Positions 1 through 12,915 of a stretch of 64,000 nt of DNA are shown piece by piece (position 1 is the first letter of the stretch; every line of letters starts with the position of its first letter). The stretch spans positions 13,330,001-13,394,000 of the forward strand of contig OZ059899.1 of assembly GCA_964057225.1 (NCBI GenBank), given 5' to 3'. Origin of the DNA: Auanema rhodensis. Taxonomy: Eukaryota > Animalia > Nematoda. Both the position numbers and the translations under genes were made by a program. The notes under the pieces are model-generated. The model was given only the letters and a program-made list of their open reading frames with translations. It ran no database searches and was not told where the DNA came from.

Positions 1-3000
1 AAACGTATTGCTTACATACAGCTTCAGACACTCATCCGCATTTTTCCATCTACATTATCGTAGTTGATGAAGTCATGTGCAATGGCTTATGAGCACAAAC
101 ATTTCTCTTATAAGCTTGTAAACTAGGTCATTTTCCACTTCTTTATCTGTTCCATCGAGCTCATTTCTATGTCTGGATGCTCACTCATCCTCATGCTTCT
201 CTATGCATTCTGAACATTGTAAACGCATCTTTTTCTTCAAAGCTCATATTATTTTTCGATGAACTCATTGAGCTCATGATTTTGAGAATTCACTCATCTT
301 CTGACTCTTGAGAAGCGTCTTTTCTACAACTTTTTGAACGTATATAGATAATACAAGATGACTATATACATAGATGGGTGGCTCAACTAACTATCCCACG
401 GCGTTTACCGCCAGTCATTTATAGAATACTTCCGAAATAACTTGACAGATCATCAAGCATTAATTACGAAAACAAGTTCTAAATGGAAAACGTTTTCTTC
501 ACTTTGGTATTATACAAGAGGAAAAAAAGTTTTTTTTCTTCTTTTATGATTCATATACAGCGGAAATTCTTCATTTTCGTTGTCACGTTCTAGCTTTTTC
601 CAAGATGCTTTACAGCATTATCGTACTAGTCGTAGTTGGAAGCGTACATCTGTATACTACTATTCTACCTCCTTTATCCTGAATCTCAAACAACCAACCC
701 AACAAAGCTTATTGTGCTCCTCACCCACTGATCATCATTCTCATTGTCGTGCAGGAGATTTCCAAACGACTTTGAGAGTAAATCGGATTGAGGTCCACGA
801 ATGATTTGTCTTTGAGCCAGGAGTGCTGCAGGCAAAGAAAACCATTGACGAACACGACGGCTCAGGGGTTATTCCAACAAGGTTCTCGCCGACAATGATA
901 TGAACAGTGAGAACCCCCTACCACATTTGCTATCACTATTCTGACTTGCCAACGATGACGCGTAGACGACAGCGTTTATCACATCTACACAATGAGGCAA
1001 CGACAACCGATACACATACACACACACATACACATGGACGTGCACATACACAAAGCCATATACACATTGAAAGCTAAGTGTGCGGCTTTCAGCTGTACCC
1101 CGTTCCTTCGGGGATTGCTCTTCGAACTGCTGTTTTTGTCCAGCCGGTGTAGACAAGCATATTTCTGAGCCTCGAGTTCTTGTGGTTTAAATACAAATGG
1201 CTTACTTCGAATTAGGCGAATCCGAGTCTACCTCTTCAATGTCGATGGCAAATTCAACTACATTTTATTTGAGACAATGCACACAAAAAATAAGAAAATA
1301 TTTATCCTTTTTGCTATTTATTTCAGCTAATTTATATAATTTTTCGACTTGTAACTTTTTTTTCTAAGCTAATGAACTCATAGTGCAAGAAAACTTGGCT
1401 TGTCCCGCCTGAGTAACCGAGCAGAACATGTCAGGGTATGAAGGCTTAGCATCAACCTTGTGTCTATTTCGAAGTTAAAAAAACATAAAAACTGAACGCT
1501 AAAGCTGAGCATCGAAATGATATTTCAATGCTGGCTTAAGAATTTTTTGTCTACCTATTGACATTGTTTTTATGGTCATTCCTCAACATTATTCAAAGTT
1601 TGAGTGATGTAGATCCTCCTCCTCTCTCTCTCACCCTCTCTCTCTCTTTCTCTACAATCAAAAAAGTGAGAAGGAGAAGAGAAGAAGATATGGATAAATC
1701 CAGATGAATCAAATTCACTTGGTTCTTCTCTAGTTTAGCATCGTATCTCATTCTTTCCTGGTCTCTTCGTCATGTTCTGTTTCCTACTGCTTCTCATCCT
1801 AAGCCCATCCTTTTTATCGTGTTGTATTCCTATCCAAAATGGCTCGATTCCGGATTTTACTCGATGTTTGTGCGTCCATCTATCTCCTGCCTGATGCCCA
1901 TACTTTGTTTTGTCAGCATTTTTTCAATTCAGGATGAAAAAAAAGCTGATGTTAGGCTCTAACAAATTCTCTAACTCATAAGAGGTTGTATAAGCTATAA
2001 GCGGGTACATAAGCGGGTACATATGTATGTGTAGATGTTGACGTATGGAACAGAACCTGAAAATACGCATTATCGAAAGAATGTACTGAACTCGAGCATT
2101 AAGGAAACTCACTCAGTGCACACATAGTTAGCTTTGTTAGCTATATTAAAAACAAACGTCTTATTGTATTTGCATCGTGAAATTTTTTCATTTTTTTCGA
2201 GACAAAATGTGCAGCGAGATTGTTCAAATTAACAAAATTCCCAGCATAATGTGTGGATGAATGCCTGAGGCGCTTTGTGCTTATTCTGTTTTTTACGTTT
2301 TCAGCTCGAAATTAGTATTGAGCATGAGTTTCAAGTTTACAAAACTTGAAAACTTCTTCTTCTTCTTCTTCTTTCAATCATCATTCTAGCTTCAAGAATG
2401 ATAAATGGTTGCTACACGTGAAAGGATCACAAGTTTAGGATAATGAAGATTAGCAAGCATATTTTCTCGTTAAACACAAAATTGACATTTGTGACATTCA
2501 CGAATAAGTTCAAATTTTAACCAATTTATGTCGATTAAGCTTTCATACTTCATTCCATAATTTTACGTTTGTGATGTTGCTCTAGCACATGTGCTCTTCA
2601 TTACTCAGCCTTTCCTTGTTGTATGTCCTTTCCTTTTTTCTCTCTCAATTTCTCTTTATTCATCTAGCTATTCCACAAATAGAAAGAGCTGAGGGAAACA
2701 GAGAGAACAGAGAAATGTGAAAGGAAAAGAGAGAGAGGGGGGGGGGGTTGAGAGAGAGGAAGAGGAAGAGAGAGAGAGACAGAATCTGTTGCCATATTTT
2801 CACTCTTATTCTTGCATATAACAACATAGAAACACATGAAAATACATTGAATATTTTAAATTTGTGTTTAACCAAAAGCAATATAAAGCATAAACATAAT
2901 ATTTCTAAAGACAACAATTTATAAAATAAAATATTTTATTTCAAATTTTTTTTTGTCAAAAAGAAGAATAACAAAATCAAATATGATGTAAAGAGCATGA

Positions 3001-5935
3001 GCAGGATCATGATGGAGTTGAAAAGTACAAATATGGAAGATGGACAAAGACATTCTTTAAGCTATTAGAATGAGAAATGATAGTGAATGTGAAGAAATGC
3101 TTAACTAAACAACTATATAGTTTGGAGACGAAACTTGAATACTTCTGAATGGTTAGAGGGTAGCAGATGAAAAGGAAAGAAGGGAAGAGATAGAAGGACG
3201 AAAAGAGGTTGACATGAATTATCATATTTATAATATTATAAATTATATATTATATAATAAACAAATTATAATATTTCTGTTCATAATGCTGCTTCATCTT
3301 AATAACTCTCTCGAATTTCTCATTTGAAAGCTTTCATCTGATGTCATCTAACTTCAATATTCAGCTCATTCATTTACTTATAACTTGCATAGTTTTACTG
3401 AGTAATATACCGATGAAGCATATTCCATTCAAGCATTTTTGAAAAAAATTTCAATGGAAAGGTTAAAATCATCGAATTTTGCCTGAGGCTATTCATTCAT
3501 TCATTCATGTTTGATTCAACTTCTTCAATGTTTCAACTATATTTCGTATTTTTTCTTTCAATTTTCGAAATATCTTCATTGCAAAAGAGCTGGTCTATCC
3601 AGCTGCGACAAAGACGTTTTGTCTAGCAATGTCAAACTCGTGATGGAAGAGTTAGCGGAAAGGACATCAGTAGAAGCTTTAAGTCATGACACTTCTTAGC
3701 ATGGTCGGCTTTTTTTGCATCAAAGAAATGCGGAAACTGCTGACCTCTGAGCCGTCCGAGCTACTTTGGCATAGAGACGATGAAAGCCATTGCGTTGGAA
3801 CTTTTTCAAAATTTTGTTAGTCCAACTTTCAAGACTATTGGCTATATTCACAGATTTATAAATCAAATGGATAGCTTGCGGACCAACAATATCAATTCGA
3901 TTCATCAAGCAGCAGCACTAACATTGATCTTAATCGACTAATTAATTAAGAAAGTATGAATCATGATGAAAGTCAGTTGACTATCTTGCCCTGAGGCGTT
4001 GAATTTATTCTAAAATCTAAGAATATATGATCAAAGTTTAAAATATTATTATGAAACGTCGTACAATCTATGAAGCACCTTCAGCACATTAGCACAAGCA
4101 TGACACGAACTGAAGTATAACGATAATGAAAATGATGAAGTCACTCGTCTTGTATAATCTACATACATTTGATGAAAGTTTGCAAATCATTGATTCAGCA
4201 ATGGTAGTCGAAGCCCGCACATCTCCCATCCGGGTCAGGAACGTCAGTTGGTACTCTTTAGGAAGCTTTTGTGTTCCCGTAATCAAACGAAAATGAAGCA
4301 CCTGTTTAGTATGAAGGCGTTTTCGAATGGAGCAACAATGAAAGTGAAAGAGAAAGAGAGCAGATTTGAGCATTGGCAGTGTGCCAACAGTGATAGCAGC
4401 AACAGCAGCATCAGGAATAGTAGTAGCAGGATTTGTGAGACATACAAAACCATAAAAATGGTTAGGTGTGTTAAAGCTGACTTTACTGCTTCTCCTATTC
4501 CAAATAATCATTGCTGCTTGAAGATGAAGCTCAGCCTGCTTTCTCTTTGGTCTCATCTTCTTCATTTTACTCTGTTGCACGAAGTTAGTCTTCGATCTGA
4601 CCTCAGCAACAAGAGACGATGCTTTTTTACATTGTTTTCTTTGTTTGCTAAGAATTCATTTCAAAGCCTTTTTCCTTAACTTTAAATTCTTCGTTCTGCT
4701 ATGCAGAGGTTGGATAATATGCTACAGAATCTAGAGAATGAGATATCTCACAGCAATTTGAAGCAAAAACTTGTTAGTTGAAGGTGATGAGGTGAGGTAT
4801 ACATGCTTTACTCATGAATCTGCATCGTGAGTACGATGAGCGTTATGTTGATGTTGATGTCATTAAGATACAGAAGACCACCGTGTATACAAAATTTGCA
4901 AACGATCCATCTTTTGATTCTTTTCCGATTTCTTAGTATAACCAGCTGTGCTCAACATTGGCCTGAGGCAACGGAAATGAAAAAGAAATTTAAGAGATAG
5001 AACAAGAATAAAGAAATACAGAAGAGAAATGCAACAAAAGATAGACGGCTTAGGGCTATGGAGATAGCAGGCCTGAAAGATACCAAAGATACATCTCCTG
5101 ACTGAGAGAGACGAAGAATAGAAGGACGAAGAAACCAAAAAGCCTAGCACTGAGAGAGATTAGATAGATGGAGTGAAAAGCACCCGGGTAGAAGATAGAG
5201 ATAAGACAGCCTTCTCTCGGTTGCCTCCCTTCACAAGCTCATCATCTTTCTTCCGTCCGTCCTCAGCTGATCACATCGTCTTCAGATCCACAATCTGACC
5301 TTTCATTTGGACGTGATTAGATTTTCCAATAAGCTTGTGTATTCGTGTTCTATTCATCAGAATTATCAGTGTTTCGGAGTACATACTCATACACAACGAT
5401 TCCTAGTTGTTGTATATTTCCCTTTGGGTATTACAACAAGTAAGAACATCTGAAAATTCTGCTATTTCTGCTTATTCAATACTTCACTACCTGACATCAT
5501 CCCAGCTACCACGAGCAGCATCATCTCTCTGGCATCAGCATCAGCATCATCAACGACAGCAACAGCAGCATTACCATCGTTGTTGTGTGTGTGAGAGTGT
5601 ATGTGCTGCTTTGACTGACGATAATCATCACCACACCATTCTTGTCATCATATTCATCAGCGTTACTTCAGTAGCTAGTCTCGGACGCTCTGACGTATTG
5701 GCGTCAGTGCTCTAGACAGTGCAGAGCATCTGAATCTAGCTAATCTATTCAATTTTTGTCTTATTGTGCTCATAAGTAGCATCATTTTTCACTAGCAAAT
5801 CTTCCGAATTCACCTGCTTCAGCTATATTCACGCACATCTACTCAACCTATAACTATACTCAATCACATTTGTAATATTCCATACGAGATACATCAGAAT
5901 CGTTGCTGCTTATCTGTCTAACTTTTCGAAACGTT

Positions 5936-6086
5936 ATGTCTTTCTGTGAAGATGGTGGCGATGTTTCAGCTACGTTTACCATTCGCGCACCAAATGCTTC
6001 ATCACGTTCAAAGCCATCGCAAGCTTTGAATACAATTAGAGATGACGAGTTATTATCACTCAATTCTATAGATGACGTAACATTCT
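5936..6086 (+). CDS. kin-1: PKA-C alternative first coding exon (phase 1, splices to 18454): MSFCEDGGDVSATFTIRAPNASSRSKPSQALNTIRDDELLSLNSIDDVTF(F)
   Basis: ATG at 5936 with an open frame to donor T|GTAAGT at 6087. The phase-1 T plus TC of the next exon gives F-KEFLEK. DVSATFTIRAP...SIDDVTF-F resembles, from memory, the C. elegans KIN-1 N-terminus DVTACFVLPSP...SILDDPVEDF-KEFLDK. Confidence 0.75.
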
Positions 6087-8954
6087 GTAAGTTTACCTAC
6101 ATTTGAACCTATGCACATCATTCGATACTGAAGTTAAAAAACCTTTCACTTTTGTAATTTCTGCTCTCAGTCAGTCATAATCTGGAAATTTGAGATGCTA
6201 CTACCTTTGCTATATCTTCTTCGTTCTCAACAAAATCCGTTTTTTTCTGTTCTCATCATTTTTCTTTATTGCCAATCAGTTAGTTTCATATAATCATCAT
6301 CTACACTTTATGATTCTGTGCATTTGTCAAGTTTCTACTTCGTGGCTACGCTTGTTTGCCAGCATTTCCCTGTGTATGTGTAAGCGTGTGTAGTTTGATG
6401 CTGCCAACACACAATGCAACATCAGAATATCGACAGAAACTTCGTTTACCAGCTTTATCATGTGGTTAGCATTCTGAGATATAAGCAAGATGTCGAGAAT
6501 GCAACACACAGCTCCAGATGTCATGATGCTAACAAAGAATTATGAAACGGCGAAAAATGAAAATATTGCTTGAATCCAAGCCATAGGGAGATCTCAAACC
6601 GCAACAGCATGCACACAACAGCCGTAGCAGCAAGCAAGTTTGTCTGAAAATGCTGATTGTGGCTCATAGCATTGATGAAGCTGACGCTAAAACTTTTCCT
6701 ACAACAGTTAGTTAAATTGTAAATGATTTGAAGGAGAAGAAGGAGAGAAAGAGAGAAAAAAGGGGCAAGAGAGAGAAGTGGAAAATACATGAAAAATGAG
6801 AAAAAACAGAAACCACATTGGGTTAAAGCTTCGATAGAATGCTATATCTATGTGTGTGCGAATGTGTGTGTTGAACCTAAAACTCACGTTACAGCATATA
6901 ACAAGCTTAAGCCCTATGCCCATCTCATCTAAAGGTGCTGAATTTCGTAGAACAAATGACGCTCAATCAATTTGCAGTTAAGCTTCTTTCATCATCATCA
7001 TCATCATCATCATATTGGCACCCCCAAGAAAAGTGTCATCCAAAAGACATATGTCAACTATCATGTTCTTTATGCAACTTTTGAGTCTTTTTTTTTGTCT
7101 GTTCGAAATTTCTATTTGATAGTACAACCTGTGTTGCGTTATCATCTGCTCACTTTTTGCTTCTAGTTTTTCCCCATTTTTCAACTCTATTCATCAACTA
7201 TCTATCCATTTTTTTGATTGAAACTCAAGAAATTGACAGCTAAATTAAATATTTTTAGAATTATCTATGCTAATTATATCTTTTTTTTTGTAGTTTTTTG
7301 CAAACAAATATTTAATATTCTTAATGACAATTGTTGAATATAATACTTCTCTTATATCTTATACTACTTCTCATCTTTCTATCAAAAAATTTTTTTTGTA
7401 TTATTAATCATTTCTAAAACAAAGTTTTTGAAAAATATTCGATTTGATTGAATTGTTGTTCTAATGCTTCTTCAATAGCATCAAGCGTATGTTCAATCAT
7501 AAATCGCCTCCTCAGGTTGTCATGTCTCATAACAGAATTTGAAAATTGACTTGTTGAAGCTGGTTAAATCTTCATGTTCTTAAGACATCCAGCAGTACAA
7601 ATGATTTCGGTATTTTCAGCCAAAAAAAAAAATTAAAATTTGAAAAGAAAACTTTTACCAACTTTTTTAACAATTTTCAAAAATAAGTTAAATGAGAAGA
7701 CAATGAGTACGAGAACTTGATTATTTGAAAAACTCTCTCTCTCTAACTCTCTCTCTCTCTCTCTCGCCCCTGCTCCCTTCTCTCTCTCTCTCTGCATTTA
7801 ATATTATTCATATAATTTTCACAATACATATAACAAGAGAGACGAGAGACAAGAGAGAGATATTTTTTGTCAATCATTCACTAATTTTCAATGTTTTTTT
7901 CTTGTTTTTTCATTTTCATTCTCCCCCCCCCCTCTCCTCTCATACCTTATTTTCTTTTTTATTCTCCTCTCACTTGTTTTCTAAATATATTAATATATCT
8001 ATGATATATATATATATATATATATAATTTTCCTTCTATTTTTGTCTATTTTTGTGTTACAAATAGTAACCGGAAAGTATAAATAATAACTTTGACGATG
8101 AAATATAACACATATACGGACTGACTTTGTTCCCTCCCTTTCTCTATTCTCTAGTCCGTATGTCATGACAAAAACGATAAAATATGGAAAAGTTGGATAA
8201 TCAAATGATCGAATGGGATCTGAATAAGAATGAAAAAAAAGGAAAAAGAAAAGATAAAGGAGGTTGAAGAGGACAACGAGAAAAAAGGCTTCTTCCCTTA
8301 GTTGCAAAGAGCTTAGAATATTGCTTCAAAAGTTCTTCTACTTCAATCAGCTGGTGGCGAACTCAATGTTTTGTCTAGATGTTCTTTCACCCACTTTTAA
8401 CCAATTTTTTCCGTTTTCTCGTCTTCATCCTTCCATCAGATCTGCTTCTATATCCTTTTCTGCCAGCTTTAGTAATAGCCTTTAAAGAAATATTAATTAA
8501 AGAAAGTATGATAGTAATGATGTAAAATAACAAAATGTGAGGAAATATCTGAAGATATTCATTGATTCAGCTACCATACATCTACAGAGATTCAATGCAA
8601 GCTAACACACGTAAATGCTTATATGATAGATCAAGTTGGAAATGTGTTGTGTTGCTATCTGTTTCACATTCTCATTCACCTATCATTCAATCATTTTTCT
8701 CTACCAAAACATCAAACTACACTTCTATGTATGTATAATATGTATGTTACATACATACATACATGTGTCTGTAGGGCATACTCTCAGCCATCATCGACAT
8801 CATCATATACATGAAACCGGTTCGCCTAACCATCCCAGATGAATACCTCACCATGGATGAACAAAATGAAAAGTTTTTTTTTTGTCATTCTGCCGATTTC
8901 TCTTCTGATGTCAAAATCAGATTTGACAATCGTTTTCAATTATTTCATGTTTAT

Positions 8955-9000
8955 ATGCTGTCAACAACAGGTGATTTGTTGATTAAGGACCAATTGTCAG
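8955..9000 (+). CDS. Candidate additional phase-1 first exon of PKA-C: MLSTTGDLLIKDQLS(V); the frame is also open from ATG 8811
   Basis: CAG|GTAATA donor at 9001 in the phase required by exon 18454. No recognised homology. Confidence 0.3.
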
Positions 9001-10800
9001 GTAATATTTATATGTATTTCCTTTTATTTCTTTACTTAATTGTAAAGAAAAAAACATAAAGAAGAGATTGCCAGCATAAATCCAATTCAATATGTCTTTT
9101 CACTATTATTCATTTTTTTCCCCTGTAAAGCCTAAAATCACGACAACTATTAATTTTTTGTTGGCGTTTTTCATGCATTTTCCAATGTTTTTCCCTTTAG
9201 ATTTGACTTATTCAAGCTAATTTTTGCAAGTTTTGACCACTTAGCCTCAGGCATGTTATTTCTGATTGAAATAGACAATTTCATTTGATTATTCCACTAA
9301 ATGCGATGAAAAAATGTTTTTTTTTCATTTTAATCAACCAACCTTAACGAACTTTAATTATAAATTTTTTGAAAAGAAAAAATTGTCTGTAGTTTGATTA
9401 ATCTCATTAACATAAGGCTTCACGTAAAGGATCACGTCAGCTCACGTGACATTCATTTTGATGGACAATTACGAGAATAGAGGTAGAGCATGCATGCAAT
9501 AAGAGGAAGACAAGCAGTATGGTTAGCATTCCACATAATAATTCCATATAGTTCTCCCTCCCCCATTAATTTTTCTTTTTTTTTTGCACAAAATTAAAAA
9601 AATAAAATTTTTTTGCTTCATACTTTATGACAACAGCATCCCTCCATTCGCTTGCCTCATTCATTTGCGTTTTCTATTCTTCTTTCTCTTCAACTGAACT
9701 CGTTTGTTTTGAATAAAATAAAGTCAGCTTATTTACTGAATAATTTGAAAAAACTGCTTTAAAAAAAGAAACGATTAGTAGTAATTACGACAAAAAAAAA
9801 TGCTACAAATGAAGAAATTTGGTGAGAATAATGTTGATATTAAGCTGAATCTGTGTGCAAAGTACGTAATGCGTATGCTATGAGCAATTAACCTATAGCC
9901 TTTCTCGTCACACGATGACGTCTTGAAGCAAGCATGCTTAATGATGATGTGCACAATGTGGCTATAAGCTTCAGCTGTAAGCATTTCTTCACATTTTTGT
10001 CAAATTTAGTTTCATTTCAACTACATCGTGATATTGAATAGCATATAGAAGTATAGAACATACGGATGTAGATGAGTATGAAGTCAACGCCGTATCTGGT
10101 GTGTCTTAGCCGTCTTCTTCTTCTTTGACCTCGTTGCTTTCATGAGCTTCACGTGCTCTATAACAGCTGATTTGTTCGGTAGCATGCCAGTCCCATAATC
10201 GGAGCCGAATGTTACCGAGCATTACATAATTTGTTGATTCTACCTCAACGGAAAAGCTTTTTATTTTCATTTCTGTCTACATTTCCTCTTCATCTCTTCC
10301 TTTCTCCTCATTTCTCATGCTCTCTCTACTCTCTACTTTATTCTTTGTTTCTCTCCTTCCTTCATATTCTCCCTGAATTTTAGTTTTTCTTCTCTTCTAC
10401 TCCTTCTTCCTCTTCTTCAAAATTTTCGTTTTTGCTAGCCATAGTAGAGACGATAGACGGCTTGAACTTCCGTTAGGTTCCGTTGTCGGTGGATCTGACT
10501 TCTGATTGCTTGGATTATGCATAAAGACATAGTGAGACGCTTCAGGATATGATATTATAGTTAAGAAATACAATTTATGCTAACCGTATGAATGAATTGT
10601 GATGTGGATGATTACGAATAAGATGTAAGAATAGATACATCAAGAAGTAACATGCTGTAACTCTGTATCATTCAAGTTTTATGCATATATCTGTGTTTCT
10701 AAATATAATTTCGGATATATAGTATAGAAAGGATGAATGAAAGAAAAGAAAAAAATGGTTTAGAGAATAGGAAGGAAACATAGTAAGCAGGCGACTAGAA

Positions 10801-10806
<6 letters not shown>

Positions 10807-10863
<57 letters not shown>
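10807..10863. repeat. (AG)n microsatellite
   Basis: Uninterrupted AG run; one of more than 20 AG/CT tracts in 1-45 kb. Confidence 0.95.
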
Positions 10864-10866
<3 letters not shown>

Positions 10867-12837
10867 AGAAAACCTCAGCAGTGAACAGTGTATTTTCTTC
10901 GAAAAAAAAAATAAAAAGCAGAATCAGCAGCATCAGGCGGATAAACAAGCGAAAAAGAAAAAGATATGTATGTGCATACATATGTATATGTATGTATCAA
11001 GACTTATCTCAACCGCCTTCAATGAAATACCTGAGAATCTTGATAATTATTTCGATTTTCAATAGAAAAAAAGGTGAAATATGCTGGCTGAATTTGTTTT
11101 GGCATATGGTGAATAAGGCAAAAATGCATGATATATGATCCAATAGTTCTGAGCTAAATCAGCTTTGATGTAGATTTATTTGGTATAATTGTTATTTTGA
11201 AAATGAGTACATGACGTTTAGTGGGCTCATATGATACTAAGAGCAGGAACACGGGAGTTCTGAGAGACATACTGATGATATGAGAATCATCAGACGACAT
11301 GAGATACAAGACTTGCCAGTAAAGAAATATATTGATGAGTAAATTTGGAAATGGTGTGAAGTTAACAACGATCAGTAGATAATTACAAGATTGAGGGCTA
11401 TTGACAAAGGGGGGGGATTGGAAACTTCATTCAATAGATTTCTCACTTTTTCTCTTAATCTATTGCACTCTCTCTCTATATTTCTCTCTCTATTTCTCTC
11501 TCTGTATAGTATATTTCCCATATTTCTTTCGCTGACGTGCGCTTCTTCTCACTCTTGGAGTAGAGTGCTAAGGGGTTTTGGAGACTCTTGTAATTCTATG
11601 TTTTCTTGTAATAGCCCAAGTCAAGTATCAATGAGCTCCTCTCGATACGAATGCATATCTCTGTCGGTTTTTTTTCTTTTCATCTCATCATATTACTTCA
11701 TCTCTCACTCACAGTTTCATACCCTCTTTTCGGCTTTATCTCTTCTAGTATGAAGTACTTACAAGGCTTGTTCCTAGTATCTTAAAATGACTTTTTTTCA
11801 TCAACACAAGTCAGTTTTGAAGGCAAAAAACCAAAAGAGTTCGAACAAGGCAAGCTAAAAGAGCCAAAAAGAGAATAGAATAGAGAAAGACAGAGGGAGA
11901 GGGAGAGAGAGAATGAAAGAGGGAGAGAAAGCGAGAGTAGTACTACGAGAAGGAAAAAGGGGGTGTGCCCCATGGACCGCCGCAGGAACAACGCGCGGCG
12001 GGCGCGCGGCGGCCCCCTCTCTCTCTTCCAATACTCTCGCCATGTCTGCCTGAGGCTACATCATGTCTTCCAGTAACAAGAAGCTTCAGATCAAATTCTG
12101 TAAGTTGTAATCAAACTTTAATCACTATGACAATCTATATATTAATCCATGTGATAGTAATATGTCTGACCTACTCTTACTGTATCTCGAACCTCAGCTT
12201 CTGCTCTTTCTTTAGTTTTCTTGAGCCACTTCTTTGCATATGTATGCTTATCAGTTCTACTAGCTTATGGTTATTCACATTTCTATCTCCTCATTCTAAC
12301 ATTCTGCTTTCCCTATCTGTATTCTCAAAAAGTATTTTCCATTTCCTTCACCAAGATATCTCTTAAACCTCATCAGCTGACTTCACCTGAAGCCCTTCGT
12401 TTATCATGTAAAATTCATATTTCACTGCGATCATGATAATCGAATAGGCTTTTTTTCTCATAAAATCTTGTCAATTCAATAGTCGAGAAGAACGAAAAAG
12501 CGAATTTTATCTTTGAAGCCATCATACTGCCCAGTTAAACTGAATATTCTGCTACTTAATTCACTAATTTATATGAATAATATATATTTCATTTGAATGA
12601 ATAAGCGCTTTTTAGAGAAAAAAAATGAGCTTTTTTCTTATTCTCTGCTCACCTGGTGCTTTTTCTTAGATTTTTGAGTGTAGGCTCAGCAACTCGGAGC
12701 ATTTTAATAATTAAACCGGAACATGCCCGATGTTGCCAGCCTATCTGGCTTCCCTTTTCCTTCTTCCTTCATCTAAATTTTCCCTATCCTCTTTTCTCTC
12801 TATTACTCGATTTCTCTCTCTCTCTCTACTACTCGAT

Positions 12838-12841
<4 letters not shown>

Positions 12842-12912
<71 letters not shown>
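12842..12912. repeat. (CT)n microsatellite
   Basis: Pure CT run of about 70 bp. Confidence 0.95.

Positions 12913-12915
<3 letters not shown>

Noticed and set aside
4248-4679. 143-aa ORF and overlapping 163-aa antisense ORF
   Set aside because: No recognisable domain and no phase-compatible donor; probably chance ORFs in an intron.
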